From the NCBI RefSeq assembly GCF_009914755.1, contig NC_060932.1: a DNA stretch of 64,000 bases; one strand, 5' to 3'. The position numbers and the translations under genes were made by a program. Below the pieces are notes generated by a model, which made no database searches, was not told the DNA's origin, and was given only the letters and a program-made list of their open reading frames with translations. Of the stretch, positions 13,561 to 27,242 are shown one piece after another (within the stretch, counting starts at the first letter, position 1; each line of letters opens with the position of its first letter). Origin of the DNA: the human T2T-CHM13v2.0 reference genome, Homo sapiens.

Positions 13561-16500
13561 CCTGAGAAGGGCCCAGTGAGTCCCTACTCCTTTCCCCAGC
13601 TTCCAGTTCCTAACAGTCTCTTTCTAATTAAATAGATCCTTTTTTTATTCCAATTAGATTATGGTGCTGTTTCTCAAAGAGACCAAGTCCCTGAGTTGAA
13701 GATCTTTAAAGGGCTTTATTCCTTTAAAAAGGTGCCATTCCAGCCCTTTCCAGCTCTCACCTCCCCACTCCCTTATAAGTGACACCGCCTTTCCCCACCA
13801 GGCCCTGACTCAGGCTCCAGAGAAGACTGACCATGACCCTGTGCCACGCCAGGGGCCCAGGCAGGACCTTTAGTGACCTTTCCTGGAGGTGGGTACTCTG
13901 TGAAGAGGTGAGCAGCTATAATAAGTGATTTGTCTTGCCAGAAGTTAGGGTGGGTTTGGGTTCTCCCTTTGAAACACGGGGGCTGAAGAGCACTCTCTGG
14001 TGTCTTTATGGGAGAAGAGAGCGTCCAGAGTTGGCCAACGCTGGGGGCAGTTATCTGCGCAGCCTGCCAGGTCTGCAAGAAAGGGGACTGCAGCCGTGAC
14101 CCCTAAGTTAGGGCCATAGGTCCCAAAGCTAATTTGTTTGATATTAATAAAAATTATAATTATTATCTATTTTAAAATAGAGTGATAGGGTTGGAAACAT
14201 GGTATTTCACGACTGCATTGTCCTAACAACTCTTTCTCACGTGGTTCTGGAATTCCTTCCCACCGTGTAGCTATTCTGGTAGTGCACGCATGTGCACCTG
14301 CTTTATGTCCTTGCAGTCCATATCAAACCTTCCTTTTTGTACGTTACTGTTTGTTTTCTAAACCTAGTCCATGTAATTCCTGTATTCGCCAATGTTCTTA
14401 AACATACCAACACAGGCACGGCCCATGGCTGCTGCCTGCAGACCAGCTCGTGGCTCAAAGCAACACACAGACCTGAGGCTGCTATCTTTACTGAGCTCTG
14501 TTCACACCCTAGAAGGGTGTCTGCAGCTCGGTGAAGCAATAAAGGGTGCTTGCCATTATTATTATGTTCCGAAGGCTAATAGGCAGGGTGTTTAAAAATA
14601 GCTGCCTGCCTTTCAATATGTAAGAGCAGAGTTGGAGAACATACATTGACGTAAGAATGCAAATCCAACCAAAATATCCGAATCCCTGCAGAAAGAGCAC
14701 AGGGTTCCAGTAGTGATTCTGCAGTAACTCCCTGTGTGACTCTAGACCCTTAACCAGTGGCTCTGTCTGTAACGTGAGGGATTCCTCTAGATTACCTCTA
14801 AGGGGTCCTGTTTTGGGTTGTGGATAACTTAGAAAATATATTTAAACACATATCAAAGTCGAATTGTACGATAAAGTTCCACAGCCCTACGGACTGGTTT
14901 TGACAACGATCATTAAATCTTATGTTGTTCGTATCCTCACAGTTTGATTATCACATTCACTTTATTAATTTATTATTATAATTCTTAGATTCCTGGATAA
15001 AATGACACCCATTTTTCTTAGGATCAAAACAAGATGGCTTCCACCAGAGAAAGAAAGGCCAGGCACGGAACTGGTCCCCACGTGGCTGGCCATTACAACT
15101 GCTGCTTCTCCCTGCTCCCATCTCATCCCCACGAATGTCCCACTCATGGGTGGCCCTGAGTCATCGTAGAACAGTGTGTCCATGCCTCTGCTTCCTCAGG
15201 CCCCAGGCATCTCATGGAGAGTCCTTTCTAGACTGCCATCTCATGCCAGAGGGTGGAGGGATTTCCGCCTGGCTTACCACAGTTGTGTGTGGTTTGTTTG
15301 CTGGCATTCTTTAGCAGCAACTGCTTGAGAGCCAGTTCTTCAATTCTAGGCAGTCGATTCACCCAGCATCTTGCCAGAAGTTGGCTCAGAATAACAGGCA
15401 GCTCTCCATGCTCATCCTTCCCGTAGCATTTCAAGGTAACTGTCCATCTCCTTCACTCTAGAGCAAGAAGAAAGGAGAAGCCTCTTCTATCCATTCTGTT
15501 CTGTCTCCTGCACTTTGTCCTGTGAGTGGAGTCAAGTTAAAGGAGCTTCTTTCACTTCCCCAGAGACTCCACCAGGACCTCACATTCCCAAGGGCATTGT
15601 AGCTGCCATTCCATCTGTTCTAGGGAGAACATTCATGAACCCTGAAAGGCTGTCCTCTTCTCCAGCTGAGCATAGGTTTCGCTCGGGCGTACAGGCAGCA
15701 GACCTGGTTTTCCAGGACACGTGCCATTCAAGGCCATTGGGATGGGCTGAAAGGTTGATAGCAAAGGTCTTGATCTATCTTTTGCAGGAACCTTGGTGCT
15801 TCCATCTTCCACTTGCCAGTCGGGTGACCACAGAAAAGAGATTCTGGAGAGTAGAAACTTCGGTCAAGTTGCCCCAAGTCAGGGATGAGCCTTCTTTCCA
15901 TGGAGCCTTCCAAAGGGCAAGCCGTCTGCTACTGTGTACTGTAAATTCAGAGCTTCAGGAGCTGAGGCCTCCTGTGCTTGGGGGAAAGGTAGCTGAGGAG
16001 AAAGGGACACCTTCTCACCTTTTGTTTACCTTTGATCTGGCTGAACTTAGCTGCCCTTAACTTCTAGTTTGCTTAAGTCCTTATTGCCTTAATAACCACC
16101 TAATAAGCAGTCAGAACCAGGAGAGAAGCCCCTCCCGTGGAATCCATTGCAAGCCTGTCCCCAGTCTCCCCACTGCTGCTATGCCTGAAAAGAGCCCCAG
16201 CCCCGTCTCCAAAGCCCAGGGTTCGCCTCTTGCTGAAAGAGCAACGTTCCCAGGCTGAGGACAAACCCAGGACTGCTCAGGCGGAGAGATCCCTGCCCCC
16301 ACGTTCACCACTGACAACCCAACTCCATCCTCAGTCTCCGTGGCTTCAGATCTGGACTCCGCACCCTCCTCCACCTCCACCTCTCTTCCCAGAGACCCTC
16401 CCCACATCATGCTCAGTGCTGTTTCTGAAGACCATCTAGACTTTTGTGTTCTCTGGAACATTCTACTCACCTTCAGCTGCAGCACATTTCTTCAGCCTCT

Positions 16501-16940
16501 CCACCAAGCTCTTTAAAATGAAAGGCAGTTACTGTCTTCCCTTGGACAATAATGAATGTATCTACTGTATGTGCAGACCATGTCGAGAAGTGGCTGGGTT
16601 AAGAAAAAAGAGGGTTTTTGTAAAGCCTGTTTATTTTTTTAAGTCAGTTTTGAGCATTTCTATTTTACCACCCTTCACATGGTTTTGGGGAACCCAAATT
16701 GTATCAAGGTCTCATGCCAAAACAAGCCAAAAGTTGTTTTCTTTACCTTTTTCCTCCATGCACCATGATTTCAATGATTGTTTCAGTGTCATTTTAAATG
16801 TTTTCTTGTGACATGTACTGATGATAAAAGTCATCTTGACAAAAAAAAAAAAAAAGATTTATACATGAATCAGAAAGTATTTATTTCAATTTTGTACCTT
16901 TCCATTTTAATACATTATAATGTATTGACTCAACGGAGAT

Positions 16941-17010
16941 AATATAAACAGTTCATTTTAATAACACACGTGTGTGTGGCTTTTCCTTTATGCATGGTGG
17001 GGGAGGGGCA
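16941..17010 (+). terminator. Candidate distal polyadenylation site
   Basis: Several upstream TGTA motifs; overlapping variant hexamers AATATA/TATAAA at 16941-16948; CA dinucleotides ~20 nt later; then GU-rich tgtgtgtggcttttccttt and a G-rich tract. Confidence 0.45.
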
Positions 17011-18724
17011 AATCATCGTGGAGTGGAAAATTCTGGCAGCTGAGGGGCATCCATTGTGAGCAGAGGGTGGCCTCTGGCTGCACCAAATGCTTTCTGCACC
17101 TGGAAGTTAGAATCAGCTGGCACTGAGAGAAGAGGTGTTAAAGGGAAATTGAGAAGGTAAGTGGGTGGTGACGTCTCCAGGCACCAGCTGCCTCTCCGAC
17201 GGACACACACCTTCCACCAGGTAGGAAAAGCCATGCACAGAGCAGAGCTACCCACTCCCGGAGCCTAAATGCAGGCTGGCAATTGGAGGTTCAGAGAAGG
17301 GCCAGGTAGGGGAAACCCCAAAGAAGCTAAGACGAGAAGAAGGTGGAGAGAAAACTCAGTGCTGAAAATGAGGGTCTGGAGGTGGGGAGAGGCAGAAAAG
17401 TCCTGGGTTGTATTTTCTCAATGTAACATTTTTCCCCCTAATGCCTTTGCTAGAAATTCTGCAAATAAATCCTTGGGGCAAACTGGCTTCAGACCAAGCC
17501 CCATGGACATCCAGCAGAGGTTTCTTCTTGCCCCATTAGGAGTATTTCTCACTGCTCAATTAGGAGGAATACAGCATCGAATACAAGCATACTCATTCCA
17601 GACTCTCCCGGATAGTGCGTGGCAGGTGGGGATGGGGTGAGGCTGTGGCTGGTGCAGGGAAGAGCAGGGAGAGCCAGGAGGGAGGGAGGGCATGTCAAAA
17701 GCGACTGTATCCAGAGGGTTTGATTTAAACATTTTTCAAAACATATGTGGCAAACAGCGTGGTGAGTGTATCTCACGACGTTATTCTCCACTCTTCTCTG
17801 CATGCTTGGACCTGTTCCACTTTCAAAATGTGTCATTTTGGAAGGAAAGGGAGGAACAACTACTTGAAAGGAATACACGTCAGTATGAGCCCTTTCTCCT
17901 CAGCAGAAGGTTGCCCCAAAGTACCTCCTCTGAGGCGAGAGAAAGGAGAGAGGAGGAGAGACAGCTTTCATCAAATGGGGCACCCAGGACTCTAGGGGAG
18001 AGAAGGCACGTTCTCAACAAATGGCCCTTTGATCCATCTCCCTCAACGTCCCTGTTCTCTCCATTCCCTTTTCTCCTTCCCGATATTTTCAATTCCGAAT
18101 CTTCTATACCCGCCTCCTGGGTACATCCCCTTCAGGGCAGGCACCCAGAGCTCAGGCTTGTCTTTGTCAGAAAAGGAATGCCATGGAGCATAGAAACACT
18201 GAGGGGCAAGTAGAGGGGCCTCTTTCGCTTCCTCCGTCACCCGCACCCCACCTTCAGTCTGTCCTGAGAACACGCGTGACTCCTGGGCAGGGGACTGTGA
18301 CTAGATTATTTCAAGTCCTAATCCAAGATGTTAGAAAGGAATCAGTCACCAATTATACCAAATAAATGCCTCTTTGGGCCTAAGAAGGGGCCAGTTTGGG
18401 GACACGTCTACCAGGAAAGAAACAGAAAGCCCCCTCCCATCCACTCGTTTCCAAATCTCTTTTCCAAACCTCTTATTAAACTGATGAGGAATCTTCAGCT
18501 TGCAGAAGGTTCAGCTGTTTAGAGAGAATTTTGGTTCTGCGGAGAAGATATGGGAAGCTCCTACTGGTTAGTTTAAACTATTAATAGAATCCTTCCTAAA
18601 TTGAATTCTCATCAAAGGCAATTAGAGAGGACTCTTTTGAATTCTGGCTCTTGGGGAATTTAGGTCTGGGATTTAAGATTCTGCCTCTGTGCCAGCATAT
18701 AATTGTGCTCGTGAATCTGGACCC

Positions 18725-19060
18725 TGTCTTAGCCCGTCTGGGCTGCTGTCACAAAATACCATAGACTGGGGGGCTTATAAACAACAGAAACGTGTTTCTG
18801 ACAGTTCCGGATGTGGGGAGGTCCAAGATAAAAGTGCTGCTGGATTCAGCCTCCTGTGAGGGCTTTCGAGTCACAGACGGTGCCCTCCAGCTGTGAAGAG
18901 GCTCTCTTGGGCCTTTTTCTAAGGGCACTAATCCCATTATAAGGAATCCACCCTCATGGATAATCACCTCCCAAAGGCCACACCTCCTAATCCCATCACC
19001 TTAGGGGCTGGGATTTCAATGCTTGAATTCTGAGGGTACATAAACCTTCAGATTATAGCC
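18725..19060 (-). mobile_element. MLT1A-type MaLR solo LTR
   Basis: tgtcttag...ggcttataaacaacagaaa...gtccaagat...aatcacctcccaaaggcc...ttatagc. Confidence 0.85.
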
Positions 19061-20769
19061 GACCCTCTTTTCTCTGTGGTAAATGGAGACACTTGGGCTT
19101 CCTTGATCCCTGGTAGTTGGGGTTGCTGGGGGACTATTGTGAGCAAACCCTGTCACTGAGTGAACTGCTGTCCAGTTAGCACTTGCTGGCGCGCGCACGC
19201 GAACACACACACACATCCACAGGGCTCCCCACTCACAGGTGGCCCACCCATCTGCCCCTGGGACTTTGGCCCCAGCCATCTCATCATGCACTATGGAGGC
19301 CCGTTTGGACACTCTTCTAAAGCCAAGGCAAATGGAAGTTGAGCTACCCCTTCCTTTGTGCCCTCTCTTCTTCCTCATCCTGCTTCCTGCTTCCTGCTGG
19401 CTCCCTCTCCTGCTTACTCTCTCCCAGGCGGCCTGATCTCCTCTGCACCCAGGTGGAAGCCCATTGATTTGAATGATGGTCCCTTCTCAGAACCTCATTG
19501 CCACAGGCAGGTTGCAATTGCCCCTGGGCGTCAGGGGTGGTTCACCTCATCATCCCCGCCCTAAACTCAGGGAGAGGGGCAAAGCATTCCATGTGGCCTG
19601 GGGCCTGCCTGACACCCCCTTGGCTGCTAGAACTCTTAAGATTAAGTCTCCTGTTGCTTCATTGTCTAGTGGCTGTCTTCATCCTCAAAAGATGTCTTCC
19701 GTCTGGTGCAGTGAGCTGGCATTTCTTTTTTTTTCTCAGAGTGGTGCTGGGGGCGCATGCACTCCTGTAAGTTCACACTCTTCTCCTAGCTTCCCAGACC
19801 CTCACTTTACATCCATCAAGGCCTTTGCCTACATTGCTTCAGGTAAAGACCCACCTTCCCTGCCCTCCCACACACAGGCACCATGATTGCAAAACTGTGA
19901 GGCAGGAATGGTTGTAGGAGAGAGGCAGGGAGGGCAAGGGAAGCCCCGGAGCCTTGGGCCACCATCACCTGGCTACAGGAGACACCTTGTCCTTCAGAGC
20001 TGCTGCTCAGATCCCCTCCACACCCCTCCACCAATGCTGGAGAGGGAGCACTGATCTAGCCCAATGTTAAGTTTCCAGAAGAGGCTGCAGCGTGCACGGG
20101 ACACAGAAAGTGGGAGCTGGTCTCACAAATGAAGAAGGGAACAGGCTTCAGGGGCTCCTTCGACATGACGTCATACTTAGGAAAAATATACAGCACAAAG
20201 CAATATTTAAGGATTTTTATGTACTTTGAAAAAAACCCAACTCTACCTGAATTATACTCCCAGATGCAAACTCTCCCCATCCACCTCCTCCTGCACGGGA
20301 AATGTGGTCTCAGCATCTGGGGAGGAGCTTTCAAAACTGGCCTAGGAATATGGAAAATCCGATGGATCCTACCCTCTGTCTGGGAATAACACAGACACAG
20401 AAGCCAAGAGGAGGAAAGAGCACACTCGGAAAATGTTCTCTTTTCTGTTCGTTTTCTGGGAGTAGCTGGTCCTGTATAGGCCCCAATCAAGGGCCTAGAA
20501 TCATAAAATACTGTTGGATAAGGTTAAGAAAACATATATGTTCCTTTGGGAAATCAGGCCCGATTACAGCCTAGACTCCCTTATTCTCCTACTTGGTGAG
20601 GGATGGTCCTGGATTTGCTGTTAATGTTTAGGTCTAATTATGGCTCCTCTCAGCAGAAAACATCCTCACTGTCAGCTGCGTTTTGGCTGGAGTGTGAATT
20701 TCCATGTGGGGCGAGCATTGCCCCTCCAAGGGTCACCTTCCCTGGAACCTCCGAGACCACCAATGTGGT

Positions 20770-21120
20770 CTTCCCTTCCGCGCGCTGTCCGTCCCCTCCC
20801 CGCGATCTGCTTCCCTTCCCCGCGCTGACCCTTCCCTTCCCCGCGCTCCCCTTCTCTTCCCCGTGCTGACCCTTCTCTTCCCTGCCCTCCCCTTCCCCTC
20901 CCTGCGCGGACCCTTCCCTTCCTCGCACTGACCCTTCCTTTCCCCGCCCTCTCCTTCCCTTCCCTCATGCTCCCCTTCCCTTCCCCGTGATCTCCTTCCC
21001 TTCCCCGCGCTCCCTTCCCTTCCCCGTGCTTCCTTTCCCTTCCCCGAGCTAACGCTTCCCTTCCCCGCGCTCCCTTTCCCTTCCCCTTCCCCGCGCTCCC
21101 CTTCCCTTCCTCGCGCTCCT
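20770..21120. repeat. Pyrimidine-rich minisatellite, ~19-20-bp unit cttcccttccccgcgct(c/gac)c
   Basis: Directly visible array of more than 15 degenerate units with retained CGCG cores. Confidence 0.9.
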
Positions 21121-21589
21121 GTCTTTTAACCCCACAAGCACGCGTGAGGTGAGCTGGATCTTCCCAAGTGCCCTCACTGAGCATCAGGCAAGAGTCACAG
21201 GTGACAAGTAACCACTAGACAAGGAAATACAAACAGCCGAGCCTCCAGGGACCTTCCCCCTGCCTGCCTTCTCCCGGCCTTCCCCCTGCCTGCCTTCTCC
21301 CGCGTGTTCTGAGCTATTTCCGCCCTGGGCCCAGTGGGTTGGCACAGCCGCCAGACACCGTGCCCAAATCCTCCATTTCTCAGCCTCTTCCCTCAATAGC
21401 TTGCCGGCTTTTCCAACTAGGCCAAGAGAGACGAATCCCACCAGGCCGTTTCCCTGCCCCTTTCTGTTGCCTCCCAGAACCCTAATTCTTCTTCCCCTCG
21501 TGACTGATGCCACAAATAGCCTCGCCTTTTAGGGGAGACCACAACTCCACAGGGGCAGCCATATACTTTGTTGTACCAAAATAATCAGT

Positions 21590-21790
21590 TATTCAAAGAG
21601 TTCCAGCTCTGGGATCAGAATGCCTGATTATTATTATAACAATTCCTGATTATTATTATTATTATTGGCTCTCACTATCTGTAAACTTGTTAATATCTCC
21701 ATGCCTCAGTGTTCTCATCTTTAAATGGGGACAATAGTACCACCCCCCTCACGGGGATTTTGTGAAGAATAAATAAAATTACATATATAT
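21590..21790 (+). mobile_element. MIR with a small internal (att)n duplication
   Basis: tgcctcagtgttctcatcttttaaatggggacaatagtacc, MIR core. Confidence 0.7.
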
Positions 21791-22831
21791 AAAACATGTC
21801 AAACAAAAACGGTTAAATAAAACTCCATAAGGTTAAATAACTGATAACTTAGCAATACCCACCCCTCCCCCCAACCCCGGGGCCAGCCCACCTGGGTTTC
21901 CTAATCTGCCTGGCACCTCTCCCTACCCACTGACTCCCGCCTCAGCCTTTACTCTGAAAACATCAGAGGAGAGTGCTCAGAATTATGCCAAAGGCAGTTC
22001 TTGTCCAAACAGAAAGCTCTCCCACGGCTTCTTGTTTCAAAGCTCAGCACTCATCCGGGCTTTGTTATATGGACAGGGGTCCTAGGCCCAGGGAGAAGGA
22101 AAGCTTAGGATGGAAACTATTTGGGATGTGGCCACGGTGCTCTGGGGGCTGACCCGGTTAAACACAGACTCATCATCACAACTGCCTGCTCCTTCCTTAA
22201 CTTACAATCCACTTTCGTACGTTGTTCCCCGCCGCCCCCGCCCACCGCCTCCGCTCCATATTCTCTTTCTCTCCATGTTGCAGATACAGAAACGAAGCCT
22301 CACAGAGGCCGGGTTACCTCCTTCCCTGGGGAGTGGCAGAGTTGTGCCTGGCCTGCTGTGGGCCCCAGACTCAGGCTCTTCCGGCCACAGCCCCTGGCCA
22401 GCCTGCTGCCTCCCGCTCCCAAACTCAACACGCCCCCTCCTGGAAAGCAAAACAGGTACTCACTGACTGCAGTCGGCCCTACATGGAGAGCTATATGGAG
22501 CTCTAGTTAACGGTGGATGGATGTGCCAGTCCTAGGAACAGCAAAGCAGGAGGAAGAGCTCCTGAGACAGAGAGGGCACTGAAGTGAGTGCTAATGGCAA
22601 GGCAGGCAGTGCAGCTTGCACAAAAGCTGGAAGGAAGTTCCCTGCTCAGAAGACCTACGGGGAGACATCAGAAAGGCAGGGTGGCTGAAATCATGAAAAA
22701 GCATGAGCCCTCGAAGGGAATGAGACTATAAGGAAAAGAGGAGAAGACCAAACAAGTTCAGGTGATAGCTAAGGCTACACATCTGCAGGAGAAATAATAG
22801 CAAAGGGAGGGAAAAGAAAATGCAGGGAATT

Positions 22832-23140
<309 letters not shown>

Positions 23141-23161
23141 GAAAAGAAAAATGCATGGAAT

Positions 23162-23465
23162 GGCTGGGTGCAGTGGCTCACACCTGTAATTCCAGCACTT
23201 TAGAAGGCAGAGGCAGGAGGATTGCTTGAACCTAGGAATTCAAGATCAGCCAGGGCAATATAGTGAGACCATCTCCACAAAAAATAAATTTTTAAAAATT
23301 AGCCGGGCGTGGTGGTGCTAGCCTGTAGTCTCAGCTGCTCAGGAGGTTGAGGTGAGAGGATCACTTGAGCCCAGGAGTTCAAGCCTGCAGTAAGCTATGA
23401 TCACACCACTGCAGTCCAGCCTGGGCAACCGAGTGAGATGCTGTCTTAAAAATTTTTTAAAAAAT
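23162..23465 (+). mobile_element. Full-length AluJ
   Basis: ggaggattgcttgaacctagg and gaggatcacttgagcccaggagttcaagcctgcagtaagctatg are AluJ-type diagnostics. Confidence 0.92.
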
Positions 23466-25361
23466 AAAAGAAAATGTAGGGCAAGCAGAATATGGCAATG
23501 AAAGGATTCAGGAAGGTCAGGCAGTGGCAGAGAATGAGTGCCATGAGGCTGGGAGAGATCTTTGGTATTGGAAGGGACCAGCACACTTTGGAAGGTGCCT
23601 ATATCATGACATCTTCACTCTGTGAACACTATGGAAAAGTGAGGACTTTCCCACCCTCGGTCGCAAAAAACAGCGTTTTGTAAATCTCATCCTCCACTAG
23701 AAGTCAAATTTTGGAGTCAGGAGGCATCCCCGTCATCACTGGCTTTGGGTGCGCCACGTAGAGTTGGACTTCAAAGAATCATTTGCTCTGTGAAAAAGGA
23801 AGTGGCCCCAAGCAAGAGTTGACATCAGTGAATGAAGCTCTTCCCTTCACTGTACGTCACTGTTACCTGGACATGTGGTGTTTACCCTGATGTACGGTTT
23901 CTGGTAAACCAAACTGGAGTCCATGACCAGACTCCGGGCCTAAGTGAGGCTGCTTCTCTGCCTTGAGTCTAACTCCTTCCCCAGCTGGCTGATCTATAAG
24001 CCTGCCACGCTCGTACTCACAGAGAGGGAGAGAGGTGGAAAGCAAGATGGGCAAGGCTTCCCGGAGAGACAACTCTGGCTCAGCCCATTCCTTTTGCCAT
24101 CACAGAGAAAGCCACATCTAAGTTTGTGGCTTGTGACTTTTGCCACCCACAGTGACTTTGACCACTAGAAAATGTGGTCCAATTGGTGTCTTGGAATCTG
24201 ACCCCATCAGTTCAGTACATTGTTAATTGTCTAATGGAGGAGTAAGCTGGAGGGTAGCCCACAGAATATGTCTTCTTAACCCCACTCCAACTTCTCCCAA
24301 GCTACTAACAGACATAAAATGTGGAGTCATGGCAGAGCAGAGCTGCTGCAGACACACTATGTGCACCAGAAGCCAGGGCGTCTACAGAGGACCCAATGGT
24401 GGCCAACTGAGTGACACTTTCAACAGCTCCGCATTCACATAGTCATCCTATAGGGGTCAAGTGGTTTCCAAAATGCTGACAGATTTCTGTCATGGGTGCC
24501 TATAATGGGTTTCCAGCATGCCTTGGAGTGAGTAGATGAGTTGGAGTTGAATTTCCAGGCAAGACACTTATGTCCATTCCATGTGCGGACCACACTTTCC
24601 ACAGTTGCATGCCCCTTTTCTCAAATTAATGAATAGAAGTATTTAAACTATTCTGATATCATAAAGAAGTAACATGTATTTTTATTATTTATAAGTTTTG
24701 ATAATATAGAAATGCATACTGTAGAAAATAAAAGTCTTCTGTAATGTCTTTCCCCCCTCTGCTGAAAATATCAGTATTAACAATTTGGAATAGAGTCTCC
24801 CCCAATTTTTCCATGCATATAATAACCATATATGTATGTATATATAGACTATTATATATACCTTTTTTGTATTTAAAAGTGGGATTTTAAAAAATGGGGT
24901 GCTACAGTTTTGCAAATGGTTTTGACTTAATATCTCTTGCAACAAAGTTTTTTTAAAGGGACTATGTATAAATTAACACTGTATAAATAAAAGTGTCCTA
25001 AAAGACTTAGAGATATTTCCTTAAAGTAATGCCTGATGCAAGTATTTGTACTCTATGGTCATGGCCTCCTCTTTATCACCCCCCTCAACCAGCAATAACC
25101 CCCGGCTAGTGATGTAACAGATCACGATTCTGAAGGGTTCTATGTCCAAAGAAACTCCCCCCCACCACCCAGGAGTCTCTCATTTGTTACCTACATGGGC
25201 ATCAGTTGTGGACAGATCAAGACAGTGGCCTTGGTGTATAGTTAAAAACAAAACAAAATTGTGTGCACTGAAAACAGGCACATCATATACTGAGTTCCTT
25301 CTCCGTGCCAGCTGCTGTCCTGAGTGGTATATATCACTTCATTGAATAGCAATGCATGTAT

Positions 25362-25708
25362 TGTCTTAGTCAGTTCAGGATGCTATAACAAGATACCAGA
25401 GACTGGGTAACACAGTCTTATAAACAACAGAAATTTATTTCTCACAGTTCTAGAGGCTGGGAAGTCCAAGATCAAGGTGCTGGCAGAATTGGTGTCTGGT
25501 GAGGGGCCACTTCTCACCATGTCCTCACAGGGTGGAAGGGACAAGACTCTCCAGGATCTCTTTTATAAGGGCATTAATCCCATTCATGTGGGCTCCACCC
25601 TAGTGAACTAATCACCTCTCAAGGTCCCACCTGCAAATACTCTCACATTGGGGGTTAAGATTTCAATATGTAAATTTTAAGGAGGAAACCAATGTTCCAT
25701 CTATAGCA
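25362..25708 (-). mobile_element. MLT1A-type solo LTR inserted into a reverse MIR (MIR halves ~25280-25360 and ~25710-25820)
   Basis: tgtcttagtc...aacaacagaaatttatttctcacagttctagaggctgggaagtccaagatcaagg...ctatagca; the MIR core resumes after it. Confidence 0.88.
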
Positions 25709-27242
25709 TCTACAGTACCTTTGAGGTAGGTATCATTGCTATTCTTACATAAATGGGGAAAAGAAAGCATAGGAAATTTAGTAACCTGCCCAAGGTCAAC
25801 AGCTGGTAAGTGGCAGAGGAAGACATACATAGAATATGAAGAATAAGAGATGGAGCAGATTAGGCACCAAGAGCTGCTTGTAATTCTCAAGGCAACTGGC
25901 AGTGGCCACTTGCAGTATCATGAGGCATCCCATGTGCTCACAGCAACCCCATGGATTAGCAGGTGAGGAATCAGAGAGGGGACATAATTGTAGGTGTCAC
26001 AGCCAGATTTGAACCCTTAATTTTGGAAGTCATTCTGTTAATTACTGCAGCGAGGCAAATCATTATGGGAAGGACAGACTATACCCACAGAGCTCCACAG
26101 GCTGTGGAGTGCTTACCTGGAGGGCAGCAGAAGCTAGAAAGAAAGCTTTAGAAGGGGTCAGGGAGAGCCAACAGTGAGACTCGGGAAGCCTCCTTAGATC
26201 ACTCCAGAATGTCCACCCATAACCACCGGGATAGAGCCCCTGCCTGACATGATGCTTTCTCACTTAGGACAGGAGTCTTTAGCCAGCAGTGCAAGTCTGG
26301 AGACCCTCTCAAATGGGTGACTAAATCGGTTACCATCCCTCTCTCCGTTCATCATCTTGACTCCCACCTCATCCCCATACCTTCCTTGTGCAGGTATCTG
26401 TCTCCCTGCCCTATCCCCACTGCCCTCTCCTCTGCCACCAGCTGCCCCTGAAAACATTTTAGAATATAAGAAACTAAAGTGTCACTATCTCACTCAAAGG
26501 TTAGGGAATGCTAGTTTAGGACAATAAAGAAAGCAGTTATCAGACAGTGAAGAAATCAGGTTTTTCTTTTGACATAATAATGCTAATTTGGATTCCTGGG
26601 TGTGATTTTTGATAGTTGGGATTTACAGGTGTTCACAGTACTTTTGTGACGGCCACAGCTTGACATCACACAATGTTGACAGGAAGTATGCACAGAGAAG
26701 GAATCTCAGGCCGGAATTGCTGCCAGGAAGCCAGAAGGCATCCCTGGACTGTGATTAATATAGCGTCTTCTTTTCTTCACACTGCTCTTGGCTAGAGTTT
26801 GTCTTCTTTGAACTTCTATAACATACAGAAACTGTAAGAGAAGGCAAGAAAAATGATTACAGGAGCCCTAGGGGATGAGAGCGCTGAGTTGGCATTAACT
26901 GGGCATAGGACTTTAACAAAAACATTATCACTGACAAATTCTTCTGACCCAGAGACACAAGCAACAGAAAGCTGAGTTTAAAGCACATTGCAGGGGCAAC
27001 AACCTCACAAAATCTGAGACTTTCCCCCAGGGGATGGGTAAATAAACATGTTGTCAATCATCCATTTCCAGTGTGTTGGACTAAGTGGGCAGGCCTTTTA
27101 CGACACGATGATAGGACTGTCAGAGAAAGTGAGAAGGTCTTAGGTAGGGGCTGCAGGAAAAACCCTCCATGGAGTGATGAGCCTTCTGTTCCTTGGGCAA
27201 TAGCAACTGGATTGATACGTTTGGGGAGTGTATGCATAAGCA

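Noticed and set aside
15515-16485. ORFs of 181, 124 and 100 aa (including a Pro-rich one at 16137-16439) followed by a UTR-like block and an A-run
   Set aside because: Two of the three start at non-ATG codons, none resembles a protein family I recognise, and there is no convincing exon structure. A retrocopy reading (GATAAA plus A-run at 16823-16855) lacks an identifiable TSD or parent gene.
17692-18213. 173-aa ATG-initiated ORF
   Set aside because: No recognisable domain, promoter or splice context; length is compatible with chance in 64 kb.
20650-21184. Gly/Arg/Glu/Lys-rich ORFs up to 170 aa
   Set aside because: Translations of the minisatellite; stop-free only because of low complexity.
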